Below are positions 25,674 through 38,180 of a stretch of DNA of 64,000 nt, piece by piece. Each line of letters starts with the position of its first letter. Positions within the stretch are counted from its first letter, which is position 1. The notes beneath the pieces are model-generated. The model did not search any database and was not told the DNA's origin. It saw nothing but the letters and a program-made list of their open reading frames with translations. Source of the DNA: Zootoca vivipara (taxonomy: Eukaryota); NCBI RefSeq assembly GCF_963506605.1, contig NC_083276.1:79050001-79114000 (forward strand), read 5' to 3'. The position numbers were made by a program, and so were the translations under genes.

Positions 25674-27148
25674 AAAAACTCTTCTTTAGGATGGTCATTA
25701 AAAAGTAAATAAAAACTAAGTGATAACTGGCTGGAAACATGATGGCTCACTTCAGACTGCCCTGCCCAGGATCCGGCTGGGATGCCAGAGAAGAAAACTG
25801 CGAGACAGAGGCATTTACGCCAGCAGATGCTACGACCTTGTCCACACTGGAGCAAAACATGGATTTGCACTTGCCTGTCTCTTCATTATTGCAAGGTTTT
25901 TCAATCCTGGCCTCTTCAGGCTTTCCAATTATTATTATTTTTTAAAAAAACCACATTAAAAGGAGGAAAGGTGTGGGACAACACTGAAATGGAGAGGGTG
26001 TAATGTGGACACTCCTACATTTTTGGGCGGGCAGGCAGGCGCAAATCTACGAAATGAGAGACAGAAGGAAGTGTTTCCATCATCTCCCTCCAGCCTAGCT
26101 AGGGACAGTGGAGAGGCATGCTGGTTTTCTCAGCCTCTGCACCTACCAGATGAATAGAGAAGGCAGGATGGAAGTGAGCATGTGCCTTCAGGCAGTGGCG
26201 CCCAATGCTCATGTCCACCCAGGTCTTTCTTGGGGAGAATACTGAGTGGCCGCCATATGAAATTCAGCTATGGGCTGGATCCGACCTATGGACAGGGGTT
26301 CCTTATACCTCCCTCACCCCCTCTGATAAAGGAGCACCCAAGATCTACCAAGGGGCAAGATAGGCTTGACCTCTATCTTATGCTCTCAGAAAAAAGTAAG
26401 CTAGTTAGGCAAATCTCTTTTGAGAAATTTATTTCACCAAACTAGAAGCAGGGTAAAAGTAATCTGACTTGGCTACTTGTTTAAGAATCAGATGTCTTAT
26501 TAATTCTTGCAATAAATGATGTTTTGCTTGAATTATAAGAATATGTTATCATTTCTGCTCTTAATTTTAATGACTGTAAAAATGTACAGCTATTCTGATG
26601 ATTCGTAATTTCCTAGATTGGAAGGTAATCTTTCTAAGCTCTGTTAAAGTAGGCTAGATAGATACATTCACGGATACCCAGGAACGTCACTAGGCTAGTG
26701 AGTCAATATTCATGGTTATTTTTTATTTTATTATTAATGATCAGGATTAAATACAACATCTTAAAGTTCACAATGCACATATTGTGCTTATATTCCATTT
26801 ACCCAAATATACTATGTTCACCGCAGACAGCATTAGGAGAGGTTGTCGCATTGGTGGGGGGGGGGAAAGACCACCTTTTATCCTGGGCCCCTGGTTGCTA
26901 CTGCAGCTACCTCAGGAGTGTATGCCTGAAGTGTCAGGTTCATGATTTTGCTGAAGTTCTCCTGCATCTCATTTGTAGATGCCATATCTGAAGACATTAG
27001 ACTGGATTATTTTAATATTTCTTCTTGAGGCAAAGAGCCATTAAGTGTCAAAGTGACAGATACCAGAGGAGTGATGCTTACCATGGTGATGTGCATCCAA
27101 GGAGCAGCATGCCAGGGCGAGGAGCAGAAGGACGAGTGTCAGCTTCAT
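24026..27148 (-). CDS. Secretoglobin-like protein, cluster gene 4 (98 aa, His-rich N-terminus); exons 27148-27082, 25569-25382, 24067-24026
   Basis: TATAAAT ~27211-27217 on -; exons 67/188/42 nt; intron 2 contains a 150-N gap. Translation: MKLTLVLLLLALACCSLDAHHH-DSHKTCKPMEKFLGAKFSGTDSEYLEELERYSDNEDGIQAAKDVKDLIDTFSDEKRSEYLKLL-KNLMHSCKKDWKN*. Confidence 0.85.
24203..24352. other. Assembly gap (150 N)
   Basis: Run of N inside intron 2 of gene 4. Confidence 0.99.
25629..25670. repeat. (TA)n microsatellite
   Basis: Read directly. Confidence 0.95.
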
Positions 27149-27366
27149 GGTGGAGAAGAAATCCCAGGATGGGTTCCAATACGCAGCAAAACTGTCTGGG
27201 GTGTGTGTTTATTTATACACACAGAGGAGGTAGCAAGAACCACTCCGCTCTCAACATGACACAGGAGCACACATGACCTTATTTACATTTCTCCTGGTAT
27301 TTACTTACTTAATGTATTTAACGGCAGGGCAACCTAACCGTGTCCTCTCAGAAGTAAGTCCTACTG

Positions 27367-27503
27367 CAGGCATCCCCAAACTAAGGCCCTCCAGATGTTT
27401 TGGCCTACAACTCCCATGATTCCTAGCTAACAGGACCAGTGGTCAAGGATGATGGGAAATTGTAGTCCAAAACATCTGGAGGGCCGCAGTTTGGGAATGC
27501 CTG
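27367..27503. mobile_element. 137-bp hAT MITE (same family) upstream of gene 4
   Basis: Same TIRs; perfect TSD TCCTACTG. Confidence 0.9.
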
Positions 27504-28448
27504 TCCTACTGAATTCAGTGGTGCTTACTCCCAAGTCCCAGGTAAGTGGAGTTAGTAGTGCAGCCATCCTTGCACATTTCTATACTGCCCAATAACCAAA
27601 GTTCTCCGAGCATTTTACATTAAAAATTATCTTCCCGTGGGAGAGAAAATATAGACGAGAGAGGAATTCTCTTACTGATTTGTGTCTCTTGGAACATTTC
27701 AGTCCTAGAATCTGATCTGAAGGAGATGGAGAGTGGCTTCACATATTGCAAAATCAGTGGCCATAGTATGGGCTGCTGTGATGTGCCCTATAAGGGGCTT
27801 CCTTGCAAGAGAGAAGCAGGTTTTTGACCACTTCTGTGAACTGCAGGGGCCTAGCCCAGGTCAGCTCCTATTTGTACACTGTATACAGACCCTCCAAGTG
27901 TCCCTATTTTCCAGGGACGTCCCTGATTTAGAGAAGCCAACCTGGTTTCTGATTTGATCCCAGAATGTCCCACTTTTCCTTAGGATGTCCTTATTTTCAC
28001 TGGAGAAATGGAGGGTATGAGGTTATTTGACTATCGAGTCATCTGAAGGCAATCCTGTTTAGGGAGTTAAATTTTTTTAATGTTTTATTATGTTTTTATA
28101 TATGTTGGAAGCTGCCCAGAGTGGCTGGGGCAACCCAGTAAGATGTATGGGGTATAAATAGTAAAATTATCATTATGGAATGGGACATCCTTATTTTCAT
28201 TAGATAAACGTTGGAGGGTATGCTATACATAAGAATTTTGAAAAAATAAGGCAGCTGGAATACTGAGTTTGGATGTGCAAAATAGCTATTGACAAATGAA
28301 GCTCACAGGACAGTCCTGGGGCAATCAAGCTTTTGGCATAGCTAACCTATTGTGAAGCTAGAATGTGGCTCTGAGTTACGTGAGTAAAGGACAGGAGGCA
28401 AATGTAAAAAACCTCCTCACAACAGATACCTTTCTACTATCTTACATA

Positions 28449-28887
28449 CAATGGTACCTTGGGTTGCGGACCTGATCTGTTCCGGGGTGCCCTTCGCACT
28501 CTTAAAAGTCCGCAACCCAAACGGCGCTTTTGCGCATGTGCGAAAGCGCAATACAGTCGTACCTCGGGTTACGACCACCTCGGTTTGCGAACAGTTCGGG
28601 TTACGAACTGCGCAACCCCGGAAGTGTTTTCGCCGCGCGTGCGCGCAAAATGGCGGCGCCCATCGCGTTCGGTTTACGAACTATTCGGGTTACGAACTGC
28701 GATCCGGAACGGATCGCGTTCGTAACCCGAGGTATTACTGTAGAGCACTTCTGTGCATGCGCAAAGCACGCAGAATGCTTCTGCACATGCGCGCGTGGCA
28801 AAACTCGGAAGTAAACACTTCCAGGTCCGCCGCGTTCATAACCTGGAAAAACGCAACCCGCAGCGGATGCAACATGAGGTATGACTG
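28449..28887. mobile_element. Tigger-like MITE with a second Tigger-like MITE nested at 28554-28740
   Basis: Outer TA|CAATGGTACCT...AGGTATGACTG|TA; inner TA|CAGTCGTACCTCGGGTTACG...CGTAACCCGAGGTATTACTG|TA. Confidence 0.8.
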
Positions 28888-29689
28888 TACAAGGTGTGTA
28901 GCTGCTACCTCTATTTCAGATGCTCTGAGACTTGCACTCATTGCCTTGCAGAATATGTATTTATTTAAGGGACAAAATATAACATATTTCATTTTCCAGG
29001 AACCATAAATTGTATACAGTACAGTACTTTAGTCATCAGGAATCATATGTATCCATTCCAAAGTGTTCCATGTTGAAATAAGTGTTCCATGTTGAAACTT
29101 TCCACTATTTTATAGCATGTTGGTATTATGATTATTCATTAAATTTCTATACCACCCTTCATCCTAAGATCACAGGGCAGTTTACAATATAAAAACACAA
29201 AAATGCATACCAGAACAACAGCAACAAAATAATTATCCTCGCATACACTGATTGTTTAATTAGCCAATGGCCTGGGAAAAGAGGAATGTTTTTGCCTGGT
29301 GCCTAAAGATATGTAACAATATGTAACAGTTGAGTCTCCCTGAGGAGAGCATTCCACAAACGGGGAGCCAACACAGAAAAGGCCCGTTCTTGTGTTGCCC
29401 CTTTCTGGGCCACTCATGGAGGAGGCATGCGAAGGGCCTCAGATAATGACTGCAGGGTCTGGGTCAGTTCATATGTGGAGAGGAGGTCCTGGAGGTGGCA
29501 CTACATCTATGAAATTTCTTTTAAAAATAGCTATGAGATTCAGATTGAAATTGGGCTTTGAAGTTTCATCAAGGTTTCTTTTAATATCAATCCAGAACAC
29601 CCGTAATTTTCTCCCACTCTCCCATCCTCTCTTGGATTAAATTTTCTCCAAAACTGTCTCTAAAGATAGCAATGTTCCAAATGTATAAC

Positions 29690-30125
29690 GGGTGATATTG
29701 CAAATGAAATCTGAAGGCAATGGACATGCTTGAACATAAACAAGTGGTGCAAAAAATCCTGCTGGATCAGGGAGCATTTTTTGTTAAGAATAGCAGGACA
29801 CAATCGTGAAATCTGCAAATATTAGTGACCAAAATATTTTCAAGGCATCCAAGCAGCAAATGGTTTTTGTGCGGCAAGGAGGGATGTAGGAAGGGAAAAG
29901 CAGGCTATTCCATAGCAGGCTAAATTCCAAATGACCAGTATAGCCTTGGGCTTTATTAACGGTCAAAAATGTCTTTGGCAGGGATCACTAATATAAATGC
30001 TACTTCTAAATAATTTAGGTCATTAAGGGATTACCTACCATTTGGGATCTCTTTGTATCTATTGACTTTTCTTATTTTGGGATTAATTTGGATTCAGGCA
30101 TGTTTCCCCTTCTTCATGTTTGGAT
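29690..30125. promoter_or_regulatory. Conserved non-coding block, copy C (upstream of gene 4)
   Basis: Core TTCTAAATAATTTAGGTCATTAAGGGATTACCTA. Confidence 0.6.
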
Positions 30126-30498
30126 GGCATGATATGAAAACTAGTTGGCGATATCTCTGTGTTATTAAGGTTGTCAGTTGAATGAAGCACCTGTATTAGG
30201 AGTGGGGGGAGATAAAGGGTTATATCCAACACTGCATGCATGGAGTTCTACTAGGGCTGACATATGTCCGGATTTTCCCAGACATTACTGGGATTTCAAA
30301 GGCGGAATTGACATCCGAATGGTGGCACTTTGTCCTGGATCTTAGGCAAGTCAATTGAAAATTCGCATTTTTTCACTGTTTATGTAAAAAAAAAAAAGTT
30401 CCTGGTTTTTTCCTTTTGAAATATGGCAACCCAGGTTCTACTCACAGAGCAGGACTTCCCTTACATTAACCTGTGCACAGGTTAATATCAAATCCAAA

Positions 30499-30558
30499 CT
30501 CTTCTTCTTCTTCTTCTTCTTCTTCTTCTTCTTCTTCTTCTTCTTCTTCTTCTTCTTC
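30499..30558. repeat. (CTT)n microsatellite
   Basis: Read directly. Confidence 0.95.
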
Positions 30559-31490
30559 ATCTGCTCCAGAGGGTCTTCCAACCTCTGGAGCAGCTTATGA
30601 TGGTGGTGGCCTGCAGGGGAGAGGAGAGGAAAGCTCTGCTGTGCTAGTGGAACAGCAGCGTTGGATAGGGACCAAAGCTCCTTCCTCAGCCATCTAACAA
30701 TATGGCACCCTCAAGTGACCATCCAGCGCCCTTTCTGCTTCTGAAGAGGCCTGTTGCCCAGAGATGGCATTTTCTACCAAGTGACACACCATTGTCCCCA
30801 AGTCCGGCATCTTTGCTATACACGCAAAGGTTCTGCTATCCAAACACTTGTTATGCAAAAATTCACTTATTCAAACATGAGTTATTAGTACCCAAACCTG
30901 GCTATAACACCACAGATTCAGATATCCCAACAGCCGGACCCTTGCGTAGTATTCTAAACAGCTTTAAAGAAGTCTTAACGGTTTATTTGTATGTCACAAC
31001 CGTTTCGCCATAAACCATGGAAGGAAGGGCGGAGATTGGACAAAAAAGAGAGCATGTTTTCTTTCCTTGTTTGCCTTTTGCAAGGTTCCATAGGGTTTTC
31101 TTGTGCCCCCCCCCCCCCGCCATCATTTTGGGGTCAAAATTCTATCGTCACAAATGCATTAGAAATTCCTGTGTAAGAATAATTGGAAATCATTGACTTT
31201 TTATGTGAAAGCTCACATAACAAAGAAAACTTTGTGTTGGGATAGTGGGACCTGCACGTACAATTTTTGGTGAATGCTGACAACACATCTCTTTACCCTT
31301 CCTTTTGACACTTGATGTGTATGTTTTCTGCGCTTACCCTATTCCTGCGACTATGGTTTGATTTTAACTGTTTTTAATTATGAATTCTCAATTGTTGTGA
31401 TTTTCTTCCTGCAGATATGTGCGTAACACCTTTGTTGCATAGTTTCAGTCATATGCTGAAGACACATCAGTTTTCCTGACTTTGATACCA

Positions 31491-31528
<38 letters not shown>

Positions 31529-32619
31529 TTTTTTTTGGTTCTCACCAATTTTTTTGCTGTTCATGGCAGCCATTTTGTACTGCCACCCAGAGCATCTCAT
31601 TTGTTACAACACACACACACAAATTTATTTATTTCACATGATTTAAATACAACTTAATTGTCATAAAACCAGAAAGTGTTTTTACCCACCCTACTGAAGC
31701 GAGATGAGCACCACACCTCATAGTCACCTTTGACTGGACTTAATCATCCAGGGATTTTTTACTTTTACTTTTATTCTTGTGATTATTTTTTTAAAAACTG
31801 TGTTTAACATTATGTTTTTAAATTATATCCTGGGACATTGTGTTGAAGGGCAGGTAAGAAATCAAATAAATATGAATAACTACTACTACTACCACCACCA
31901 CAAGAATTTCAAATCTAATACAGATACAGATTGGGATAAAAAAAATCTGCTTCAGAGATTTAGGCTGGATCTACACTGATTTGTAAAAACGCTTTTAAAA
32001 AACCTCATAATAAAGCTCTCAATGCAATTTTACATTGACAACAGATCAGTGCTCTATGGTGCCCTCTGATGTCTCATTTATATAATGCATTTTTAATGTT
32101 TTAACTGACCGGTGTATATTGGTCCTTATTAGAAAAGGAGGATCTTCAATTGTTGCCAAAAAGACAGTAACTTAAATCTAGATTGTGGTGGGGTGGTGGT
32201 TTTTTTTTGTAATATTGAATTTATTCTGTGTTTGTTAAATGGTTGGCTTCTGCCATTTTTTAATTTATGGACACACTTGTACTTTAATGTCTGTGTGGCT
32301 TGCTGAAACGGCCTCATGGTTCAAATATGGAGACCTGGTGGGCATGCAGAAGCATATTGCCTCTGGCACAGGAGGTTGTGTTCAGCGAACATTAGTCACT
32401 ATTGATAGCCTGCTGTCTAAATTAGTAACCGTCTCTGCTTCATTTTCATCAATGAATTCCATTCTGTGAAGCAGTAGTTCTTCTTGTCTTTTCTGAATCT
32501 TCTACCATTCTGCTTCATTGGATGACCCTAGTTCCAAAGGTGAGGGCTCCTCTTGCAAAAAACCAAGCCAGAGTTTGGAGTAGAGTTTTCAGGGCTGTGG
32601 TGTGAGCAATGCAGCAAGG

Positions 32620-32634
32620 GGAGAGAGAGAGAGA

Positions 32635-32691
<57 letters not shown>
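32620..32691. repeat. (GA)n microsatellite
   Basis: Read directly. Confidence 0.95.
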
Positions 32692-32693
<2 letters not shown>

Positions 32694-33601
32694 ATGCCAG
32701 ATCTCTGCTTGGATCCAAGGCTGTCGCTATGGGAGAAACAAGTCCCTTTGGGGGTATTGATGCTGTGAATGCCTCCATCATAGGATCAGGCTGCATGTAT
32801 GTGTAAATAAACCTTATAGCCTAAAGACACCACAGTCTCCACTGTGCCTCAGTCCAAAAGGAAACATGAACCCTGGGTAAGTGCTTGGAACCCCTGGAAT
32901 CTCATACCGCTCGGAGATTGGGGCAGTGTGCAACAGTAGTCTCCTTTAATTCCAGTTCCCTGAACTGGACACAGTATTCCAGGCTGAGGTCTGACTGAAG
33001 CAAAATACAATGGTACCATGATTTCTTGCAATTGGACACTATACTTCTGCCCAGAAATTTTATTAGCTTTTTTTAGCTGCCATATCACACAGCTGACTCT
33101 TGTGGTCTGTTAAAACCCCAAAGTCCTTTTCATATGTACCTGAATGTTGCAGCAGACTGACTATTCAGAGTCTGCTCTGAATATTCAGAGAGGTATAATA
33201 CAATTCCCCCACCTCTACCCAACATGGTGCTCTTTAATATAGCAATGTTGAACTTTTAATGACCCTTTATCGACAAAAGTTATGTCACCCTTCTAGAATT
33301 CTAGATCCCCAATGAAGTCTCTGGATTAACTGTGACAAAAGTTAATACACACTCAAAAATTAATCTTGAACACAGAAATGCAAGACAGAGTGTTTATTGA
33401 TTATGAATGATTCAAGAACAACAGGGGAGATTTCTCTAGGTTTTCAATAGTATTTGTTGAATACTATCCAGATGGAGAGAGACGTCTCAGGACGGAATAG
33501 TGACAGTACAGAAGAAGACGACGAATGGATAAATGAGTGTTGCTTTGCAGCAACTGATGCTAGTAGTCAGCCTGTGGAATCAGCTTGGATTCATCCATGG
33601 A

Positions 33602-35398
33602 TCAATCCTCCTGCCAGCTTTTCTTGCATGCGGCCATTACATTTTTCTGAAATGAAATGAAATCCAGGTCAATCCAGAGTATTGCGGGACAAAGAAGCAG
33701 GGGATTGTGGGTACACAGTGCAGGTCTGGTTGCTTTTGGGTGATTCAGGTGTGCTGGGAGCAGATGGCCCAATGGCATGTAAGCAAATGAACGGGAGAAA
33801 ACTGGCTCATAGTTTAATTTAGGTCAGCTGGCCTTGCCTGACTGGCTTGCTTGCTTCAAATTTTATTTATATTGTAACCATATTCAGGTACAACACCACA
33901 ACAATTGAGATACAGTTCTCTATGGGGAAGAAGGCAGGACAAGGAATATCAGTGCTTTTTGGATGAGGATATTATATCTTGTGACCTTTGATCTGTATGT
34001 TAATATAACATTTTTAAACAGAGAGGAAAACAAAGATTGATTGCAAATCCCAAATCTGTTTGTTGGCTTGTGGCTGAAAAAAAACAAGAAAAGAAAATGG
34101 CAAAACTGATAATTACCGCCAGTTCAAAGTAAGCTGAATTTTGCTCGCTTGTCAGTTTATCTGCACACTTTTTAAATTTCATTGAGGCATCTACCCCATC
34201 TTGGTCATTTGCATACTTTTCAGCTATCTCCTTAAATTCTTCCTTTGATTTCTTCAGCAATGCTCGCAGAAATTCATCAACAGGATCACACATATCAGAA
34301 GAAACTAGAAAGAAGCAAAAAAAAAAAATCAAAATGGATTTTTCAATAAATTAAATGAATGTTTAAAAACTCTTTACATAAGAAACCCTGTGTGATAGCT
34401 GGCTAGAAGGAAAAGGACTCGCCTGAGAATGCACTAGCTCTGATCTAAACTGGATGCCATTTACTCAGACTATATAATCCTAAACATTTACAAGGCAGCA
34501 GGCCCCACTTAACACAACTGGGCTTCCCAGCTGTGTGGAACTACCACCCCATGAGTTGGTCAGTTGTTGTTCATAATGCAAAATATGAATAGTAACAATT
34601 TTGAAAGTTCTTCCCATGATATATTGTTGGGTTGTGGGTTTTTTTTTAACCTGGTTTGGAGGGGTGTGAAGGATGGATATTACTCAAGATTTGTTACATT
34701 ATTTTGACCCTTGAAGCAGGAAATCCCACAAGCACCTCTCCAGTGCTTCCTTGGGGCCTAACTGCTCTTCCAGGCAGCTAGCAAATGCTGAGCAACCTTG
34801 GCAAGCTGTTGGGCACCAGCACTTTGACTTATTGAGACTTGGTCAACAAAGTGGTGAGTTTGCATTTCTGAGGACCAGTTTTCACCAAACATTTCCTTCA
34901 ATACAGAAGCAATCCCTCACATTGACACAGTAAGTCAAGCCTACCTGAGGCTGGCAATGAGGGAGCCTGGAATTACCACTGTCATAGTGGCTGGAAAATG
35001 TTCCACTGCAGTCACATTAACACCTGCCAGCTGTATCCACAATTATCCCCTTTCCTCATATTACATTCAGCAACACAAATACACACCTAAGTCAGACGCC
35101 TAAAGCCCAGATTTTTTTGGTTATTTCCCCCTCTTGTACTTCATTTGCAAATGCCATCTCTGAAAACACTGTGCTCAATGAGGCCATTAGTGCTTCTTCA
35201 GTGTGTTGAGGAAAAAAGGGCATAATTGTATGTTTGTTGGTTTAAAAGCTTTTCATACCGCTTTTCATTTAAAAACAAATCCCAAATCAGTTAACAACAC
35301 TAAAAGTGCAACAATAGCAATGCTAATCAGGAGTGATGCTTACCAGAGGAGCAGCAACATGCCAGGGCAATGAGGAGAACGACAAATGCCAACCTCAT
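33602..35398 (-). CDS. Secretoglobin-like protein, cluster gene 5 (95 aa); exons 35398-35344, 34304-34117, 33646-33602
   Basis: TATA ~35481-35488; exons 55/188/45 nt; AATAAA 33393-33398 on -. Translation: MRLAFVVLLIALACCCSS-VSSDMCDPVDEFLRALLKKSKEEFKEIAEKYANDQDGVDASMKFKKCADKLTSEQNSAYFELA-KNVMAACKKSWQED*. Has the family FKxC motif. Confidence 0.9.
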
Positions 35399-37759
35399 GA
35401 TGACGGAGATCACTCTGTGTATGGATTACAATATGCAGGGAAATCGTCTGTGATTGTGAGCTGCACAGCACAGGTGTATGTATATATACCAGGAGGTAGC
35501 AAGATTAACACCACCCACAACAGGACAAAGGAGGACACTTGGCCCTCGTCATATTTGTTCTCTTCATTATACCCTGAGGGAGGAATTAGATGGATGAGAG
35601 AGGAATTGTCCCGTTGGTTTGTTTCTCTTCAAAAATTGAATCTGAGGGAGACAAAGAGATGCTTCAGACATTCTCAAATTAGTTGGCACCAAGTGGGTCA
35701 CTTTGGTTTGCTCTGTTAGTGATAAGCTTGAGTGAAAAATGCACTTTTAAAACCAATTTTATTCAGTGGTGACCGGCTGATGCCTACCCATTAGAGCTGG
35801 TGAGGCAGAATAATGGACACTTTGGTGGATGGGTGAGATCTGCCCCACCCCACCAGCTATTTCTGAGGGTGCAGATTTTCTCCCCTCTTCCCCATGCAAG
35901 TTAATGTAGTCTGCCACTTTGCCCCACAAAGGCAGAGAAGGCGGGCAGAGCCCTGTTCTCTCTCCTTCCACTACCACCTTTGCCTGCAATGTGACTTGGG
36001 CCCATGGCTGCTGCCATTGGTCACCCACCTCCACAGCATCCTCACCAGAGGTGATGTCCTTCCTCATGGTGCCTAGCAGGCAGCAGGATTGGTACCAGCT
36101 ACATAGCTACTCTACAGAATGTGAAAGTTTACAATTGCTCCTGTAGAAGGAACCTATGTTCTCAAAAACATGTAGCTGCGATCAATATAAATTAGCTGGC
36201 ACGTTTGAGGGGATGTTTTTAATTTCTGCATTCTCTGTGGTGTCTGTTCTTCTCACTTGGTTTTGGTTTTTTGGTTTTGCATGGCAAGAAATCTTTATTT
36301 CTCCATCTAAATCTATAACGGAGGACCTATCTCCTCAGCCTCAAAGCACCTTGTGTGCATTCACCCACAGAGTCCCATGCTGGCTCCCAGTCTCTTCAGA
36401 CTCATCTCCTGCAACCCCTTCTCTCACCAGATCAGGCTAACATCATTTCCCCCCCCCCAGCTGCTGCTCCCTTGTGTGCATATCACACTCTGTGCATGAA
36501 GAAGCTGCGGCTAGCAGAGTGACTGATTGTGTGCAGCCTTACCCGTCGGTGCACAGGCAGAGGGGGTGCCAGCTGGAAGCTGCTGCATCAGGATTACTTG
36601 GAGGGTGTCTAGGGATGGAAGGTTAGAATGTGCATTAAAATGCATATTGCAAAAAATAACATTAAAAATGCTCCACAACCATTTACTGGGATGGGGGGGA
36701 GGGGAAACCACGCTATAAATAAGTCAGAAATTGAATCGTTATAACAAAAAGTGGGGAGGAAGCTATGTAAAAACCACATAGATTTTTTCTTGCTCTCTGG
36801 CGCCACCTGATGTTGCATATTTATAATGCATTCAAAACGTGGTTTTTTTGACTAATGTAGCTGAGTCCCCTGGACACATATTTTAAACAATTCCAAGGAA
36901 AAACAGGGAGAACCTGAGCGTTCACAAGAATACGCTCACTAGAGGCAATTTCTATATGATTCACATGGTGCGTGTGTGGCTCTGAAGGAGGATGAACCGC
37001 AAGAAATTGCAGCAGCCATGTTCTGTGCTGGCCAGAACCCACCCAGGAAAAGCAAATGAAGTAACTAGCTGAGTATGTATACAGGTTGGGGGGGGGTTGG
37101 TTGGTGAGAGAGCAGGGCATAGCTGTGACAGTGTTTGGTAGTGGAAAACCCTGAGCTAGAAGGAGTGTAGCACCCCCCTTGCCCAAAGGAATAAGGCTCT
37201 ACCATTTGTGCACACTGCAGGGGTTTAAGGACAAACCTGGCTCCCCATGGGCTTGTATGGACAATGCATGTGGATTTTTGCTTAAAGGTAAGAGAACAGG
37301 TGGAACGCCATGGCTTGAGGACTGAGTTTGGACATGTAGAATGAATCCCTGGTTCTGCCCATATTAAGCTCACTAGGTATCTCTGGAGAAATTGCACTCA
37401 GCATAGACCATCTCACACGATTATTGTGAGGCTAGAATGTCACTTTCTGTTTCTTGGGGAAGTGAAAGACAGGATACAAAACGTACAAAAAATAACAATG
37501 AAATATATCCATGTCATATGTTGTACACAGTGCTTTCTTTCGGGGGGGGGGGATGCGGGGGTATGCATACCCCTAAACATTTTGTGAATCTTTGTACTTT
37601 TGTCTATTTACTGTATTTATTTTTCCCAATTTGTTCTATAAAATGGTGGTTTTCTTGAGTCAAAATGAGAGTACCCCTAAACATTTTTTAAAGGAAAAAA
37701 AACCACTGGTTATACTTAATGCACTTGATTTGTAGCTGATAAATCTACTACAGAATTGT

Positions 37760-38180
37760 ATTTGCAATGACCACTGGCCATAAGTTTTTCAAGGCTACAA
37801 AGAGGAACTAGGTGAAAAAAGAAGAAATGGCAGGTAATTCTAGTTACAGGTAGGTAGCTGTGTTGGTCTGACACAGTCAAAATAAAAATAAAAATTCCTT
37901 CCAGTAGCACCTTAGAGACCAACTAAGTTTGTCATAGGTATGAGCTTTCGTGTGCATGCACACTTCTTCAGGTAATTCTAGGACAGGCTAAATTGTCTTT
38001 GTATCCAAATGATCAGTATGGCCGCAAGGTTTTCTAAACAGACAAAAATATCTGGCAAGAATAACCAATATGAATTCTGTTTCTAAGCCATTGAGGTTAT
38101 TAAGGAATTGCCTAAATGAGGGGACTTGTTTTGTATATATTGAATTTTCTACTTTGGGTACTGATTTGGGCTCAGGCATG
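37760..38180. promoter_or_regulatory. Conserved non-coding block, copy D (upstream of gene 5), split by the Penelope fragment
   Basis: Core TTCTAAGCCATTGAGGTTATTAAGGAATTGCCTAAAT. Confidence 0.55.
37845..37968 (-). mobile_element. Penelope-like terminal fragment; a second copy lies at ~53980-54220 on +
   Basis: AGTAGCACCTTAGAGACCAACTAAG...AGCTTTCGTGTGCATGCACACTTCTTCAG; flanked by duplicated CAGGTAATTCTAG. Confidence 0.6.

Noticed and set aside
28451-29008. 185-aa ORF
   Set aside because: Lies across nested Tigger-like MITEs; no recognisable domain.
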